Sequence record: MN445185.1 | Length of the DNA stretch: 64,000 nt | Strand: one strand, 5' to 3' | Source: Escherichia phage vB_EcoM_EC001 | Shown here: one piece after another, positions 24,760 to 34,768 of the stretch | Position numbering within the stretch: the stretch's first letter is position 1 | Layout of the letters: each line of letters starts with the position of its first letter | Translations under genes and position numbers: made by a program | The notes under the pieces: model-generated | Seen by the model: only the letters and a program-made list of their open reading frames with translations | Databases searched by the model: none | Told to the model about the DNA's origin: nothing

Positions 24760-25298
24760 AAATATTCATTGATTTACTCGATGACGAATTTCGCGAAATA
24801 TTTCCAGCGGCGTTGTTCGAGTTTAAACGCAAGTGTGAAGACTATCTAATACCGAAGAATATCGATCGTCAGCACCTCGCCGGGCTTATCTCTGCGGCGT
24901 ACGTCAACATCGCGGTAAATGAAGTTCATCAACTCGCCCAGCGTATTGCGTGTTTCGAATACAACGACGAAGACATTGAAGACGGCTTCCTGCAGTCTAA
25001 GATGGGTCGCTTCTCACTCGAACTCAAGACCGATGAAGTTATTGATAAGGTCGGTAAAGCGTTTGATGAAATGAAAGACATCGAAATGATGATTAAAATG
25101 TCTGGACCGGAAGCTGGGCCGTTGAAAGAAGCGTGGGAAAATCTCAACCGCGAAGGGTATAAAAAGATGTATATGGAGGAGTTCACCACTATGCTACGTC
25201 ATCTCGAAGCGCAGATCTGGGAGCATATCGTTTCACGTCTGAAAGAAATACTGATTGTGGTCGAACCAATGCAGCCCATCACTATTGGCAATTTCTAG
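24756..25298 (+). CDS. hypothetical protein (180 aa)
   Basis: ATGA overlap with upstream gene; terminator follows. Confidence 0.6.
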   Translation: MKIFIDLLDDEFREIFPAALFEFKRKCEDYLIPKNIDRQHLAGLISAAYVNIAVNEVHQLAQRIACFEYNDEDIEDGFLQSKMGRFSLELKTDEVIDKVGKAFDEMKDIEMMIKMSGPEAGPLKEAWENLNREGYKKMYMEEFTTMLRHLEAQIWEHIVSRLKEILIVVEPMQPITIGNF

Positions 25299-25302
25299 TT
25301 AA

Positions 25303-25337
25303 ACGGACACTCTTCGGGGTGTCCGTAGTTTTATTTT
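25303..25337 (+). terminator. intrinsic terminator
   Basis: ACGGACAC-(tcttcggg)-GTGTCCGT then AGTTTTATTTT, running into the TTAATCGACCATTA motif. Confidence 0.7.
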
Positions 25338-25349
25338 AATCGACCATTA
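25336..25349 (+). promoter_or_regulatory. conserved 5'-leader motif TTAATCGACCATTA
   Basis: Directly after terminator T-run; ends 18 nt before ATG 25367. Confidence 0.35.
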
Positions 25350-25366
25350 ATCTAAAGGAGTATTAA

Positions 25367-26290
25367 ATGGACAGCTTTCTTTTTGATTTGGCAGAATCGG
25401 TAAATGTAGATGTAATCGGTATGCGCGAATCCCCGAGTAATTTCTTAAACGGTCTTACTAAAATCGACGAACGTGTGAAATCCAGAAGTGGAGATCCCGC
25501 CATCATCGAGCAATACGCAATAGCCCATTGTGGCGAGATAGGCCAGCACTTTATACCGATTGAGGCGTTCCTAAAGAACTGCTTCGCCGAAGAATGCACC
25601 GCAGACTTCCTGTCTCTTGCCTACGGCTGGCGATACGGGGGTATCCAAATGGAATTTGATCTTAATATTTTTGAACAAGTTCTACTTGGCGACGTTCTCA
25701 CTGAGATACCACGCAGCTGGATAGACAAGATTCCCGGTTGGGCCGTCTCCTTTTCAGTGTGCTATCGCGCTAAAGATATCGGTATCCAAGAAAAGACTTA
25801 CGTTTTCGGTCGGCGAATGTTTAAAGGGAAAGATTGTTTAACAATGATGATTTTTGGAAAACGTATCGAGGGGGAAACCTTTGAAATCGTGGACGTGGGT
25901 GACGGCTTTGTATCCTTGCGTGTGGCGGAAACTGGTACGCCGGCCAATGAGAAAACGTTACGCATTGTCGGCGCTACCATGTTTACATTCTCACTGATCC
26001 CGCACAACCCTACACCCGTCAAACTGAGACAATTAACTGGAAAGAAACGTATCGCCAATTACCACATTGAACCAAAATCTAAACCGACTGTCCTCTCCAC
26101 CGTAAAAGCACAAAGCGAGTATCTTGAAGAATTTGATACTGATACGGAGAAAAGAACACAAGGTAGCAGATGTGCGCATATGCGTCGTGCACACTGGTGT
26201 ACTTACTGGCTCGGTCCACGTGACGGGAATCGGACAAAGATTTTGAAATGGATACCGCCGACATTTGTCAACGGTTCTAAATGCAAATAA
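25367..26290 (+). CDS. hypothetical protein (307 aa), Cys/His-rich C-terminus
   Basis: AAAGGAG SD preceded by TTAATCGACCATTA motif; C-terminal RCAHMRRAHWC…SKCK could bind metal (speculative). Confidence 0.65.
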   Translation: MDSFLFDLAESVNVDVIGMRESPSNFLNGLTKIDERVKSRSGDPAIIEQYAIAHCGEIGQHFIPIEAFLKNCFAEECTADFLSLAYGWRYGGIQMEFDLNIFEQVLLGDVLTEIPRSWIDKIPGWAVSFSVCYRAKDIGIQEKTYVFGRRMFKGKDCLTMMIFGKRIEGETFEIVDVGDGFVSLRVAETGTPANEKTLRIVGATMFTFSLIPHNPTPVKLRQLTGKKRIANYHIEPKSKPTVLSTVKAQSEYLEEFDTDTEKRTQGSRCAHMRRAHWCTYWLGPRDGNRTKILKWIPPTFVNGSKCK

Positions 26291-26301
26291 AATAAAGCCT
26301 A

Positions 26302-26345
26302 CCCACTCCCCTTATGGGAGTGGGTAATGCTTATTTTTTTTTTAT
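26302..26345. terminator. bidirectional intrinsic terminator between convergent genes
   Basis: CCCACTCCC-cttat-GGGAGTGGG; long T-run downstream, A-run upstream; flanks nearly identical to the terminator at 16480. Confidence 0.8.
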
Positions 26346-27097
26346 TTTTTGTTTGCTTTCAGGGTCTTGAGGCGATCACCGGTTACGTTCAGGCATTCTG
26401 TCAGTTCATTAATCTGTTTCATAAACAGTCCGAACAGCTCAACCCAGTCAGCACCCATGTCAGCCATTTTCACTAACTCTGCCGCCACATTAGGATGGAC
26501 TTGTGAATTAGAGATAATGTCTACAGAGACGTTGATGCTTTCAACTGTACGGTCAATACTTTTCTGAAGTTTCTTAGTCACTTCCAGGTTCAGCGCTTTG
26601 GCACGATTAAATGCAACATCGATCTCGCCCGCGCTGTGGTAGGTCTTTTCAATCGGACGCTGGTCAATGACGTTGTTGGTATACGACTTCGCCAGTTTCT
26701 CAACCAGATCTTTTGGATTGATATTTTTCAGCGGGTAGTTCAGGTCTTTGAACTTAAACCCAATCGGCAGAGTTAACATGCCCAGGTCATGGGTCATCGC
26801 ACCGAAACGTTTATCGATGGGTGTTAAAACCCCTTCCTGAATCTTCTGGAGCACAGCCCATACAGATTCCAACCGTTCTATGTGGTCCATCACATACGTG
26901 TTGAAGCCCGGAGGTACGGGTACAAGCATTCCGGTAAAGTTTAAAAACTTCTCTTGCTGCATCCACTTGGACACATCAGACATGTCGTCATAGGTGGTCA
27001 GCGCGAGTTCCTGTTGAGAGCCGCTAAAGGCTTTAGGCAGAATCGTGGATGCTTTGGCAACAAAGCCCGACAACGCTGCAAGTGGATTAACATTCAT
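26342..27097 (-). CDS. hypothetical protein (251 aa)
   Basis: Minus-strand ORF with GAGGT SD; ends at a bidirectional terminator shared with the upstream plus gene. Confidence 0.65.
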   Translation of the reverse strand: MNVNPLAALSGFVAKASTILPKAFSGSQQELALTTYDDMSDVSKWMQQEKFLNFTGMLVPVPPGFNTYVMDHIERLESVWAVLQKIQEGVLTPIDKRFGAMTHDLGMLTLPIGFKFKDLNYPLKNINPKDLVEKLAKSYTNNVIDQRPIEKTYHSAGEIDVAFNRAKALNLEVTKKLQKSIDRTVESINVSVDIISNSQVHPNVAAELVKMADMGADWVELFGLFMKQINELTECLNVTGDRLKTLKANKK

Positions 27098-27195
27098 TCT
27101 ATCAACCTCGAATATATAAGGGATTGGGCTACATAGTAAGTCTTTTACGTATCACCCAAACCTTATGTACGAGAACTGCATAAAGGTAACATCTG

Positions 27196-27495
27196 ATGAG
27201 AATCAAATTACTGACTCGCGCTTTAACCTCTCGTATCGAACCTGAGATTTACACCACCCCGACGAAGAAGAATACCGATGGTAGTCCGATCGTGGTTGGT
27301 AAAATCCTGAACGTGACCACTCGTGCTGATGGTCAGCGCGTTCTTGAAATCGAAATCGACGAACGTAACCGTAACCGCTTCAAAAGCATTTCTAACATCA
27401 ATCCTAAGGATGACAACCAAGTCACCGAGTGGGCAGAAGTGCATTTCGAAGTTTGGCATAAACGTCGTCTGTTACTCCCACTGAAAAAACGCTAA
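27196..27495 (+). CDS. hypothetical protein (99 aa)
   Basis: ORF directly upstream of the recombinase-like gene; weak SD. Confidence 0.5.
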   Translation: MRIKLLTRALTSRIEPEIYTTPTKKNTDGSPIVVGKILNVTTRADGQRVLEIEIDERNRNRFKSISNINPKDDNQVTEWAEVHFEVWHKRRLLLPLKKR

Positions 27496-27510
27496 TTGAC
27501 GGAGCGCTAA

Positions 27511-29004
27511 ATGGCAGGTCCAGCTAAACAAGTCATGGGTGAAGTGATTCGCCCTCGTTTTAACGTATATACCATCATGGACCACGCTCTCGGTAACTAC
27601 GAGCGCGGGGAAGATGGTTTGTACTACCTCAACGGTGGTTTTGCCCACATCATGGGCTTCGCAGGTCGTGGGAACACCTTTAAGTCTACCTTATTAGACT
27701 TCTGCATTTTCATGATTCTGCAACGTTATAATGCGGCCTGGGGATCGAAATACGATACCGAAGTTACGGCAGCATTAAGTCGTCTGGAAACGGGGTATAT
27801 CTCCGCTGCGAAAGCAAACGGATTAGAAGTATCACCAACAGGCGGCGTGCTGGACCTGATCCACGAAGGTCGTTACAACATGGTTGGCTCGGATATCATG
27901 GCGGGTGAGGAGTATTACTCTGCTTATATCCGTGACGAAGTCGAAAAACGTTTCAAAGAGTACATGGCTGGTAAGGCACGCGAAACACCGTTCCCGGACC
28001 CAATCCGTCGCTCTGCGAAAAAGATTCTCGACCCGTGGTTGTACTCGATTGACTCCCTGTCCGAATGGCACACCTCTTCTCTGGAAGAGAAACATGCCAA
28101 ATCAGAAGTCGGTGATTCTGAACAGAACATCCTGAACGCCCACGATGCGTTGCAGAAATCGAACATGATGAGCCGTTGGCCGTCTGCGTTTGCGCGTGGT
28201 GGTTTCTATATGGGCTTCGTTGCTCAGTTGGCCGACGATGCGGGTAAAGCAATGGCGGCAGGTGGCCGTGGTGGACCGAAGGCGAACGGTAAACTGTTGG
28301 ACGATGCAGGCGATGATCTGAAGTTTGCGGGTATCCCGCGCCGTCAGTTGTCGTTCTTAACTAACTCCCTGCTGGTTGCAACCAAGTCTGGTGAGTTGAA
28401 GCAGGATCAGACTTACAACGCGAAGACCGGTGTAAACGAAGAGAAATACCCGACTGCGCGTTCGAAAGCAATGAATGCTTCGGTGAACGACCTGAAAGAA
28501 ATTGTTTTCACGCAGTACCGTGCGAAGGGTGGTCACACAGGCGTTAAGTTCAAAATGGTCTTCTCGCAGGAGATGGGTCTGCTTTATCACCTCTCTCTGT
28601 GGCATTACCTGAGCGACACACTGAAAGATGAATGGGGCTACAAACGTAGTGGTGCTAACTATACCCTCGATTTGCTACCTGGTACATCTTTCATGCGTAC
28701 CACGATTCGCGACATGTGTGACAGCAACCCGCGTTTGCGCCGTGCGTTGGAAATCACCGCCGCATTAGCGTACATGCAGAATAACTACCACCGACTGGAA
28801 ATGAAATACCATCTCTCACCGGCGGAGCTTTATAAAGTTATCGACGAAAAGTGGGACTGGAATGAAATTCTGGACAATACAGTGGAATACTGGATGTTCA
28901 AGGATCAGGAAGTCAAAGGTGGTAAGCGTTGCTTAACAGCAATGTCATTACTGGCGATGGCCGTGGATGGTCTGGAACCTAAGTTCTTGACTAAGAAGAA
29001 ATAA
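27511..29004 (+). CDS. UvsX/RecA-like recombinase (497 aa)
   Basis: …AHIMGFAGRGNTFKSTLLDF… parallels T4 UvsX degenerate P-loop (…ILAGPSKSFKSNFGL…) and downstream KYDTEV ~ UvsX FYDSEF; from memory of the UvsX sequence. Confidence 0.65.
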   Translation: MAGPAKQVMGEVIRPRFNVYTIMDHALGNYERGEDGLYYLNGGFAHIMGFAGRGNTFKSTLLDFCIFMILQRYNAAWGSKYDTEVTAALSRLETGYISAAKANGLEVSPTGGVLDLIHEGRYNMVGSDIMAGEEYYSAYIRDEVEKRFKEYMAGKARETPFPDPIRRSAKKILDPWLYSIDSLSEWHTSSLEEKHAKSEVGDSEQNILNAHDALQKSNMMSRWPSAFARGGFYMGFVAQLADDAGKAMAAGGRGGPKANGKLLDDAGDDLKFAGIPRRQLSFLTNSLLVATKSGELKQDQTYNAKTGVNEEKYPTARSKAMNASVNDLKEIVFTQYRAKGGHTGVKFKMVFSQEMGLLYHLSLWHYLSDTLKDEWGYKRSGANYTLDLLPGTSFMRTTIRDMCDSNPRLRRALEITAALAYMQNNYHRLEMKYHLSPAELYKVIDEKWDWNEILDNTVEYWMFKDQEVKGGKRCLTAMSLLAMAVDGLEPKFLTKKK

Positions 29005-29008
29005 GCAT

Positions 29009-29034
29009 GGGCGGGGCAACCCGCCTGTTTTTTC
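29009..29034 (+). terminator. intrinsic terminator
   Basis: GGGCGGG-gcaa-CCCGCCT then GTTTTTTCC. Confidence 0.7.
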
Positions 29035-29049
29035 CCCTGAGGATTAGCG

Positions 29050-29325
29050 ATGCGTTATCAGAAAGATATTGTAGAGCGTCTGTGTCTGGGTCTCGCTGGT
29101 ATTAGCCAGGAACTTAGCACCGCGTTCCATAACGAGTTCTCAGCACCGCGACATGCACTGTCTGAATTTAGTCATCAGGTAAATGCCCATTACGGCAACC
29201 TGATTAATGATAAACCGAAGGTTGATGCGGTCGGTGTGCCTGAACACAATGAAGATATCCCGTACTGGATTGAAGACCTGGAACGTGTGGTTCTTCCAGT
29301 GCTCCGTGAGAGGATGAAAAAATGA
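29050..29325 (+). CDS. hypothetical protein (91 aa)
   Basis: GAGGA SD; follows a terminator. Confidence 0.5.
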   Translation: MRYQKDIVERLCLGLAGISQELSTAFHNEFSAPRHALSEFSHQVNAHYGNLINDKPKVDAVGVPEHNEDIPYWIEDLERVVLPVLRERMKK

Positions 29326-29990
29326 GATTAGACCCGGCACGGCGAAAAAAAGCAGAAGCTTATGCTTTACAGTTACTGAACTTAGTTGACCCGACCGGGA
29401 TTAACGCGGAAGCTGCCAAGCGCGCTTTCTCACGAATGTCTGACGAAGAGTTCAATCGTCTGCGCGAAGGGTTGCCTGTTTACAACCCAACTGGCGGCAA
29501 GGTCAAAATTGACCATATGCGCAATATTAAAATTTGCGAAGCGATGGGACTGAGCTTGTGTCAGCGCCTGTGGCTCACGGAACCGAAAACCGGTATCCTA
29601 CAACGTACCCGTTACCCCCATTTAGTCTTCCGCCTGCCTGCACGTCGCCAGACGCAGATGCAAGAGAAGAAAATGGCGGTGGCGAAGAACGATAAAGTCC
29701 GCGATAAACTCTCAGGTCAGGTAGTAGGTCCTTCCAAAGCTTCGGGTGTTTCGTTTCCAGAAGCCTACATCATGTACTCGGATGGACACGACTCAACGCT
29801 CCAGGAGTTCCTGTGGGCGCGTGGTGGTAACGATACGTTACAACGTGCGTTCTATCAATCGCTACGGCAAACCGGTAAAGGTCGCATCAACCTGGAAGGG
29901 GCTGAGCGTACCAGTTCAAAAGCGCCGCGTACATGGTCTTCGTACTTTAAAGCAATGCACATCGGTAACAACTTAGGACGCCCGGAATGA
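29322..29990 (+). CDS. hypothetical protein (222 aa)
   Basis: ATGA overlap with upstream gene. Confidence 0.6.
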   Translation: MRLDPARRKKAEAYALQLLNLVDPTGINAEAAKRAFSRMSDEEFNRLREGLPVYNPTGGKVKIDHMRNIKICEAMGLSLCQRLWLTEPKTGILQRTRYPHLVFRLPARRQTQMQEKKMAVAKNDKVRDKLSGQVVGPSKASGVSFPEAYIMYSDGHDSTLQEFLWARGGNDTLQRAFYQSLRQTGKGRINLEGAERTSSKAPRTWSSYFKAMHIGNNLGRPE

Positions 29991-30715
29991 GATTAGGACG
30001 CCGTTTCTTAGTCGATATCGACACAATCTTCGATACACGAATTGGTTGGGCGAAAGTGTTGCAGCCTGATGTATTAGAGAAGCTTGATTTAGAAGTGTAT
30101 CGGATGCGGTTCACAGATGCGTGGGCCGAAGTGGTAGGAATTCAGGACTGGAATAAAAAGTTCGCGGAGCGTGATAAACGCGCGTTGCAGAACGCGCAGC
30201 CAACAGAAATGTTGCTTACGCTAAAGAACGAAGTACAGGCAATGTTAATGACGATACAGATGCACGCTCCTATCGAGCGACCTGTCTTAACGTTTAACCT
30301 GTGGCCATACGCTGATCTCGATGATGAAGAACGTCATGCGTTTTTGGAAGAACTGCGTTACTACTATAACGAAGTGCAAGTAGACGTCGTTGTTATTCCT
30401 CACAGCGATCTTACACCAGGGCGACTTGCTTCGGCGTGGGACGGTTGGATAATGTACGATTGGTATCCGTGGATAGAACAACACGCGAACCATTTCCAGA
30501 AACCGATTCCGGATTTTACGATTACCCGACCGAGTATGCTGACCAGCGAATTAACGGAAGAAGCAATCGCGCAAATAAAAAGAGATAAGGTGAACCCCTT
30601 TAAGGAGTCCACCCGTTTTCTTGCTCAATACGTCGGTACTGACGTAAAGGACACTGCGCTGTTTAGTCTTCGTCGTCATCAGCAGGACGACGACTCGCAA
30701 ACGCAGACGCCATGA
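29987..30715 (+). CDS. hypothetical protein (242 aa)
   Basis: ATGA overlap with upstream gene; 3' end overlaps a convergent minus ORF. Confidence 0.6.
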   Translation: MRLGRRFLVDIDTIFDTRIGWAKVLQPDVLEKLDLEVYRMRFTDAWAEVVGIQDWNKKFAERDKRALQNAQPTEMLLTLKNEVQAMLMTIQMHAPIERPVLTFNLWPYADLDDEERHAFLEELRYYYNEVQVDVVVIPHSDLTPGRLASAWDGWIMYDWYPWIEQHANHFQKPIPDFTITRPSMLTSELTEEAIAQIKRDKVNPFKESTRFLAQYVGTDVKDTALFSLRRHQQDDDSQTQTP

Positions 30716-31133
30716 TCTGGTCAACGTCAATCTTTTCGCCTACTGGTGCCAACTCACCTTCTTTCGGAGGCCGTACTGCGGCAATCTGTGGGACGGTGGG
30801 TTGGTATCCGTTATTTAAATCTTCTTCATCGTCGTGACGTTTGATACCAACGCCTGCACGAGTCATTAAGAAGCCGTTTAAACTGTTGGCCAAATCTTGA
30901 GTCGCCTCAGCGCCTTTCTCAGCAGCTTTAATTTTCCGCTTCGTCATGACCTGTTTGTCGATGCCGTTGATTAGGCGTTCGATTCGGTCGACGGCTTTTA
31001 AGTCTTTGTGTACTTCACCGTCGTTCACCATATCTGTGACGAGCTTAACGCGTAGCTGTTGTGTTTGGCGGAGAAGCGAATCTTCGTTGTCCACATCTCC
31101 GTCGAACGCTTGGTATTTCACTTCTTCGCTCAT
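30663..31133 (-). CDS. hypothetical acidic protein (156 aa)
   Basis: Minus-strand ORF with GAGGT SD; 53-nt convergent overlap with the plus gene, so one of the two 3' ends may be wrong. Confidence 0.45.
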   Translation of the reverse strand: MSEEVKYQAFDGDVDNEDSLLRQTQQLRVKLVTDMVNDGEVHKDLKAVDRIERLINGIDKQVMTKRKIKAAEKGAEATQDLANSLNGFLMTRAGVGIKRHDDEEDLNNGYQPTVPQIAAVRPPKEGELAPVGEKIDVDQIMASAFASRRPADDDED

Positions 31134-31147
31134 GGGATAACCTCATC

Positions 31148-31183
31148 TCAAAAAGAACTCAGACAGATATTATCTATCCGAGA
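31148..31183 (+). promoter_or_regulatory. conserved promoter-like element (ATATTATC variant)
   Basis: TCAAAAAGAACTCAGACAGATATTATCTATCCGAG in a divergent intergenic region; shares AAAAAGAACT with 62806 copy. Confidence 0.4.
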
Positions 31184-31209
31184 CAACATCTCATAATAGG
31201 ATAACACCT

Positions 31210-31740
31210 ATGCTTTTTAAATGGCTTTCAACACTCCTGCGTCGTAAGGCTGTAGAAGCTCGCAGACGCTCTTTGGAGGCTGAGTTTCATAAGAATACCC
31301 ATAACACCCTGCACAGAGTGATGGTGGGCTTAGAACTCATTACAGAGCCTCTGGAATATAATGGGAAAGAATACCTTCCTTTTTCATTACGTGGACAACT
31401 CGAATTACGTATTCGAGATTTTGACACGTTGGTGGAGCGATTGGAATTCTTCATTTCTGAGTATAACCGTGTATCCAGTAGCAACATTCCCAATCAACGT
31501 TGGTTAGAGTTGCCTGAGGCAATCGATAGAAAAGGAGAGAGTTCAGAACCACGATGGCTTGATCATTATTTCGGTGCATCCGATCCTGAAGTCGCGCGCG
31601 ATAAACTGCGCACAGTCTTCGCTATGTTAGAACTGTATCAGCGTGCATTTGATAAACAAACACCCGAACAGGATACGCTGTTTAATCAAACCGCACATAT
31701 CTTCCGCGAGTTAGAAGTGATAGTGGAACACTATCTCTAA
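31210..31740 (+). CDS. hypothetical protein (176 aa)
   Basis: AGGA SD; preceded by promoter-like motif AAAAAGAACTCAGACAGATATTATC. Confidence 0.6.
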   Translation: MLFKWLSTLLRRKAVEARRRSLEAEFHKNTHNTLHRVMVGLELITEPLEYNGKEYLPFSLRGQLELRIRDFDTLVERLEFFISEYNRVSSSNIPNQRWLELPEAIDRKGESSEPRWLDHYFGASDPEVARDKLRTVFAMLELYQRAFDKQTPEQDTLFNQTAHIFRELEVIVEHYL

Positions 31741-31773
31741 CTTTTAATCTATTCCCTTGTAACAAGGTGATGT

Positions 31774-32652
31774 ATGGATGATGAGAAAAAGCCGCCGCTG
31801 AATAGCACACGCGAGCAAATTTGGCACGGTACGCCACCGGCGTCAGATTCCAGCTACCCGTTAAGGAAAGCTTATTGGAATCTGGTTAAGTTGATGGGTA
31901 TTAGCGACGGGATATGGAAAGACCTTATCCGTCAACATGTCAACGACCCGGAGTATCTGAAACAGTTTCGTGACAGCAAACTGACCACGATGACCGACCG
32001 CGTTAACCGGCTGAACACCTCACTTACGGGTGGTTCGGTACGTAACCTGACAGTCGATTTTACGTGGAAACGTTTCATCGAGGGATTAGTTATCCTGGAG
32101 ATGCAAACGCTAACAGTCACCCTGCTGACTAAGCGGGGAAGCTTTGACACGAAGTGTTTTGTATTCGACAGTACGTTTGTGCGTGAGGACTTCATTAAGA
32201 ACTTACGTAATGAGAACAGGAAGAAGCGTAAAGAGCGTTTCGAGCATCCCGCATCTTACGACGTTAACGAGTATGTCGCGAACATCGACCACACTATCGA
32301 ACATGTGATGAAGCACATTCTCCTGCGTTTAATCTACAAAGTTATTCGTGGGTATAAAATCGATGGTGATAAACTGGAACGGTGGACGACGAACTACGTC
32401 AACAACCCTAAGTTGTGCCCAGGCACATCATCCAAACGTGGGGACAGACGAAACAACATGAAACAGGCGATGCGTCACACCGAGGCAATCACCTGGCGTT
32501 GGTTTCTAATAATCTTACAAGCGCTGGACGTACGTGAGTTCGAAATCACTTTCAAAGTTCGCCATCGTAGTGGTAGAGAATATGAGGTCAGCGACAACGT
32601 TCCGTTAGCGACGTATAGATTCTGGAGTTCCAATGAAACTGAACAACCTTGA
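31774..32652 (+). CDS. hypothetical protein (292 aa)
   Basis: AAGGTG SD partly inside a small hairpin (CCTTGT-AA-CAAGG). Confidence 0.6.
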   Translation: MDDEKKPPLNSTREQIWHGTPPASDSSYPLRKAYWNLVKLMGISDGIWKDLIRQHVNDPEYLKQFRDSKLTTMTDRVNRLNTSLTGGSVRNLTVDFTWKRFIEGLVILEMQTLTVTLLTKRGSFDTKCFVFDSTFVREDFIKNLRNENRKKRKERFEHPASYDVNEYVANIDHTIEHVMKHILLRLIYKVIRGYKIDGDKLERWTTNYVNNPKLCPGTSSKRGDRRNNMKQAMRHTEAITWRWFLIILQALDVREFEITFKVRHRSGREYEVSDNVPLATYRFWSSNETEQP

Positions 32653-33907
32653 TGGGATTACCAACCAGATAAGCAACACAACGGGCGCAATAGAGAACAA
32701 AGTTAACGATGTTCAAAACCGTGTCCAGTCAACGATTGGTAATGCCGAGCGCGGTATTGAAAGTGCTCAAAATTTGTACAATAACGTAACCGCCAAAGCA
32801 GGGGAAACTTTCGACAAGATCTCCAACATTGGCAACACGATAAGTGAGAAATTTGGTAACGTGTTCGGGGGTGGCGACCAAGTCACGGTAGGTGGTAAAA
32901 AGGCAGCAGGTTCAGCGGCTTCCGGAGTATCGCCGCCACAACGTGTGCCTACTTTTGCTTCCAACACGAAAGAAGCGCTGCCAGTTATCGATCCACAGAA
33001 GCGCGATGTGTCCGAACCCTTTCAGAAGGTAAACCAGGAAGGGAAAACTGCACTGAGCTATCTCTCACCGGGCGGCGCAGGTAGTCTGTTAAGTAAGGGA
33101 TGGGATACACTGACTGATCTTCGCGATAGCGCTTTAAGCGCGGTCGGGACAGATTATGCGTCAGTGAAAGCTCGCCTGGAGTCCACGATGAACATCGCGG
33201 GACAGCTTGCCAAACTGCCGGGTGAGGTACAGCGTGAAATCGGTAACTACGTCGATATGGCCAATAGCGCCAAGTGGCAAGTCACCGCACTGATTGACGA
33301 TGTTACGCACACGTTTGATAGCTTTAAGGACCTGGACGACTTCTTGTCTATCGACGGGATCATTGATAGCTTTACGGGCGGGAGTGGGAATTTCTCCTCG
33401 CTGGATATCAACACCTCGTCTGCATTGATATACGGTATGTCCACAAAGCTCAATCAATACGGTCTGCCGAATCGCATCGATCCGATGATTCAGGCTATCA
33501 CCGATCCTATTGCACAACAAGCGTTGTACGGCGAACTGATGATACAGGCTGCGGCGTCGGGTAATCTCAATTCTGTTGAGTATTACTTGCCTAAACTACA
33601 GCCAGGCCAAGGTGCTGAGATTGCAGATACTGTTATTCAGAATCTTCTGATGAACCTTAACGTTGAGCCGGGGGTGGGTTACAGCACCTACGGTCAGCGA
33701 CTGCTGACGTTGTTTAAAGCGCTTAATCCAAACTGGGATATCTCTAAAACGAATCCTGGAATGGTTGAGCTTAAGCTTTACACATACGCCAACAGTAATG
33801 CGATTCAAGCACTCCTGACCACCGAGAAACGTCCGTACGTTATCGCCGGTGGTAGTGTCCAATATCAGTCTGCCAGTACGCTGGTGCAGAGCTATTTCGC
33901 CTTGTAA
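32633..33907 (+). CDS. hypothetical protein (424 aa), Ser/Thr/Gly/Asn-rich (virion-protein-like composition)
   Basis: 20-nt overlap with upstream gene; GGAG SD; composition only, no motif. Confidence 0.65.
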   Translation: MKLNNLDGITNQISNTTGAIENKVNDVQNRVQSTIGNAERGIESAQNLYNNVTAKAGETFDKISNIGNTISEKFGNVFGGGDQVTVGGKKAAGSAASGVSPPQRVPTFASNTKEALPVIDPQKRDVSEPFQKVNQEGKTALSYLSPGGAGSLLSKGWDTLTDLRDSALSAVGTDYASVKARLESTMNIAGQLAKLPGEVQREIGNYVDMANSAKWQVTALIDDVTHTFDSFKDLDDFLSIDGIIDSFTGGSGNFSSLDINTSSALIYGMSTKLNQYGLPNRIDPMIQAITDPIAQQALYGELMIQAAASGNLNSVEYYLPKLQPGQGAEIADTVIQNLLMNLNVEPGVGYSTYGQRLLTLFKALNPNWDISKTNPGMVELKLYTYANSNAIQALLTTEKRPYVIAGGSVQYQSASTLVQSYFAL

Positions 33908-33916
33908 GGTACCTCT

Positions 33917-34768
33917 ATGTCGAAAGATGAAGGTAAGTTTTTGCGTAGTGCGTTGGAACGTCTACGTGTCGATGGTGCATCGGTGGATGCTTTGGCGGCT
34001 GCTTTTGGGTTTACGTTGCCCGCCTCGGTAGAAGCCACATATCCTGTTTTACGTCCCATCCTACCACCAGAAGAAAAGGAAGCCTTTGTACGCTATTTAC
34101 TGCGTATGGGTTACCAGAGTACCTTGGTGGATATCACGCCGTCTACAGACGGTCTGAATCACTTCAACATCTATTCGCAGGGGCGAACTGAGATAGGTCG
34201 GATGGCGAGTAACTTCTATGCTCGCCCTGGTGAGTATTTTGTTACCCCCCACGGACCTTTCCGGACGCTCGAAGGTTATTATCATTACCTGCGTATTCTG
34301 GATTACTTAATGCGTGAAATTGATAACCGCACTTTGGTGATGGAATTTGATATCATGCGACAGGCAGTGAACACCTGGCCTGATATTGAGAAGTTGCGTG
34401 CACTAGATGGCACCGACTGTATCCGGCTAGGTCGTAATCTGAAAGCGGAAATCTACGGAGGAACCAGTTATAAGCCCGGTTCATTTACCCCGGTTACAGA
34501 AAGCCGTTTTATCCATGCGCTGGTAAATAAACTCTTTATACTGTCGGTCGACGGGACATCGTTAGGTAATGTATTTGCAGAGATTCTGCGAGCACGTATC
34601 CCGCTTAAGCATTATTACATGATGCAAGGGCGTAAGATATTCCCAGCACACTGGGACTGGCTACCAAATCTGATTGAGATGATAGCTGAACATATCGATC
34701 CTGAGGACAGTACGTTTGATCGAACCGAACTTTTGAAGAAACTAGGAATCGATGATGGGACTATTTGA
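33917..34768 (+). CDS. hypothetical protein (283 aa)
   Basis: AAGG SD. Confidence 0.65.
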   Translation: MSKDEGKFLRSALERLRVDGASVDALAAAFGFTLPASVEATYPVLRPILPPEEKEAFVRYLLRMGYQSTLVDITPSTDGLNHFNIYSQGRTEIGRMASNFYARPGEYFVTPHGPFRTLEGYYHYLRILDYLMREIDNRTLVMEFDIMRQAVNTWPDIEKLRALDGTDCIRLGRNLKAEIYGGTSYKPGSFTPVTESRFIHALVNKLFILSVDGTSLGNVFAEILRARIPLKHYYMMQGRKIFPAHWDWLPNLIEMIAEHIDPEDSTFDRTELLKKLGIDDGTI

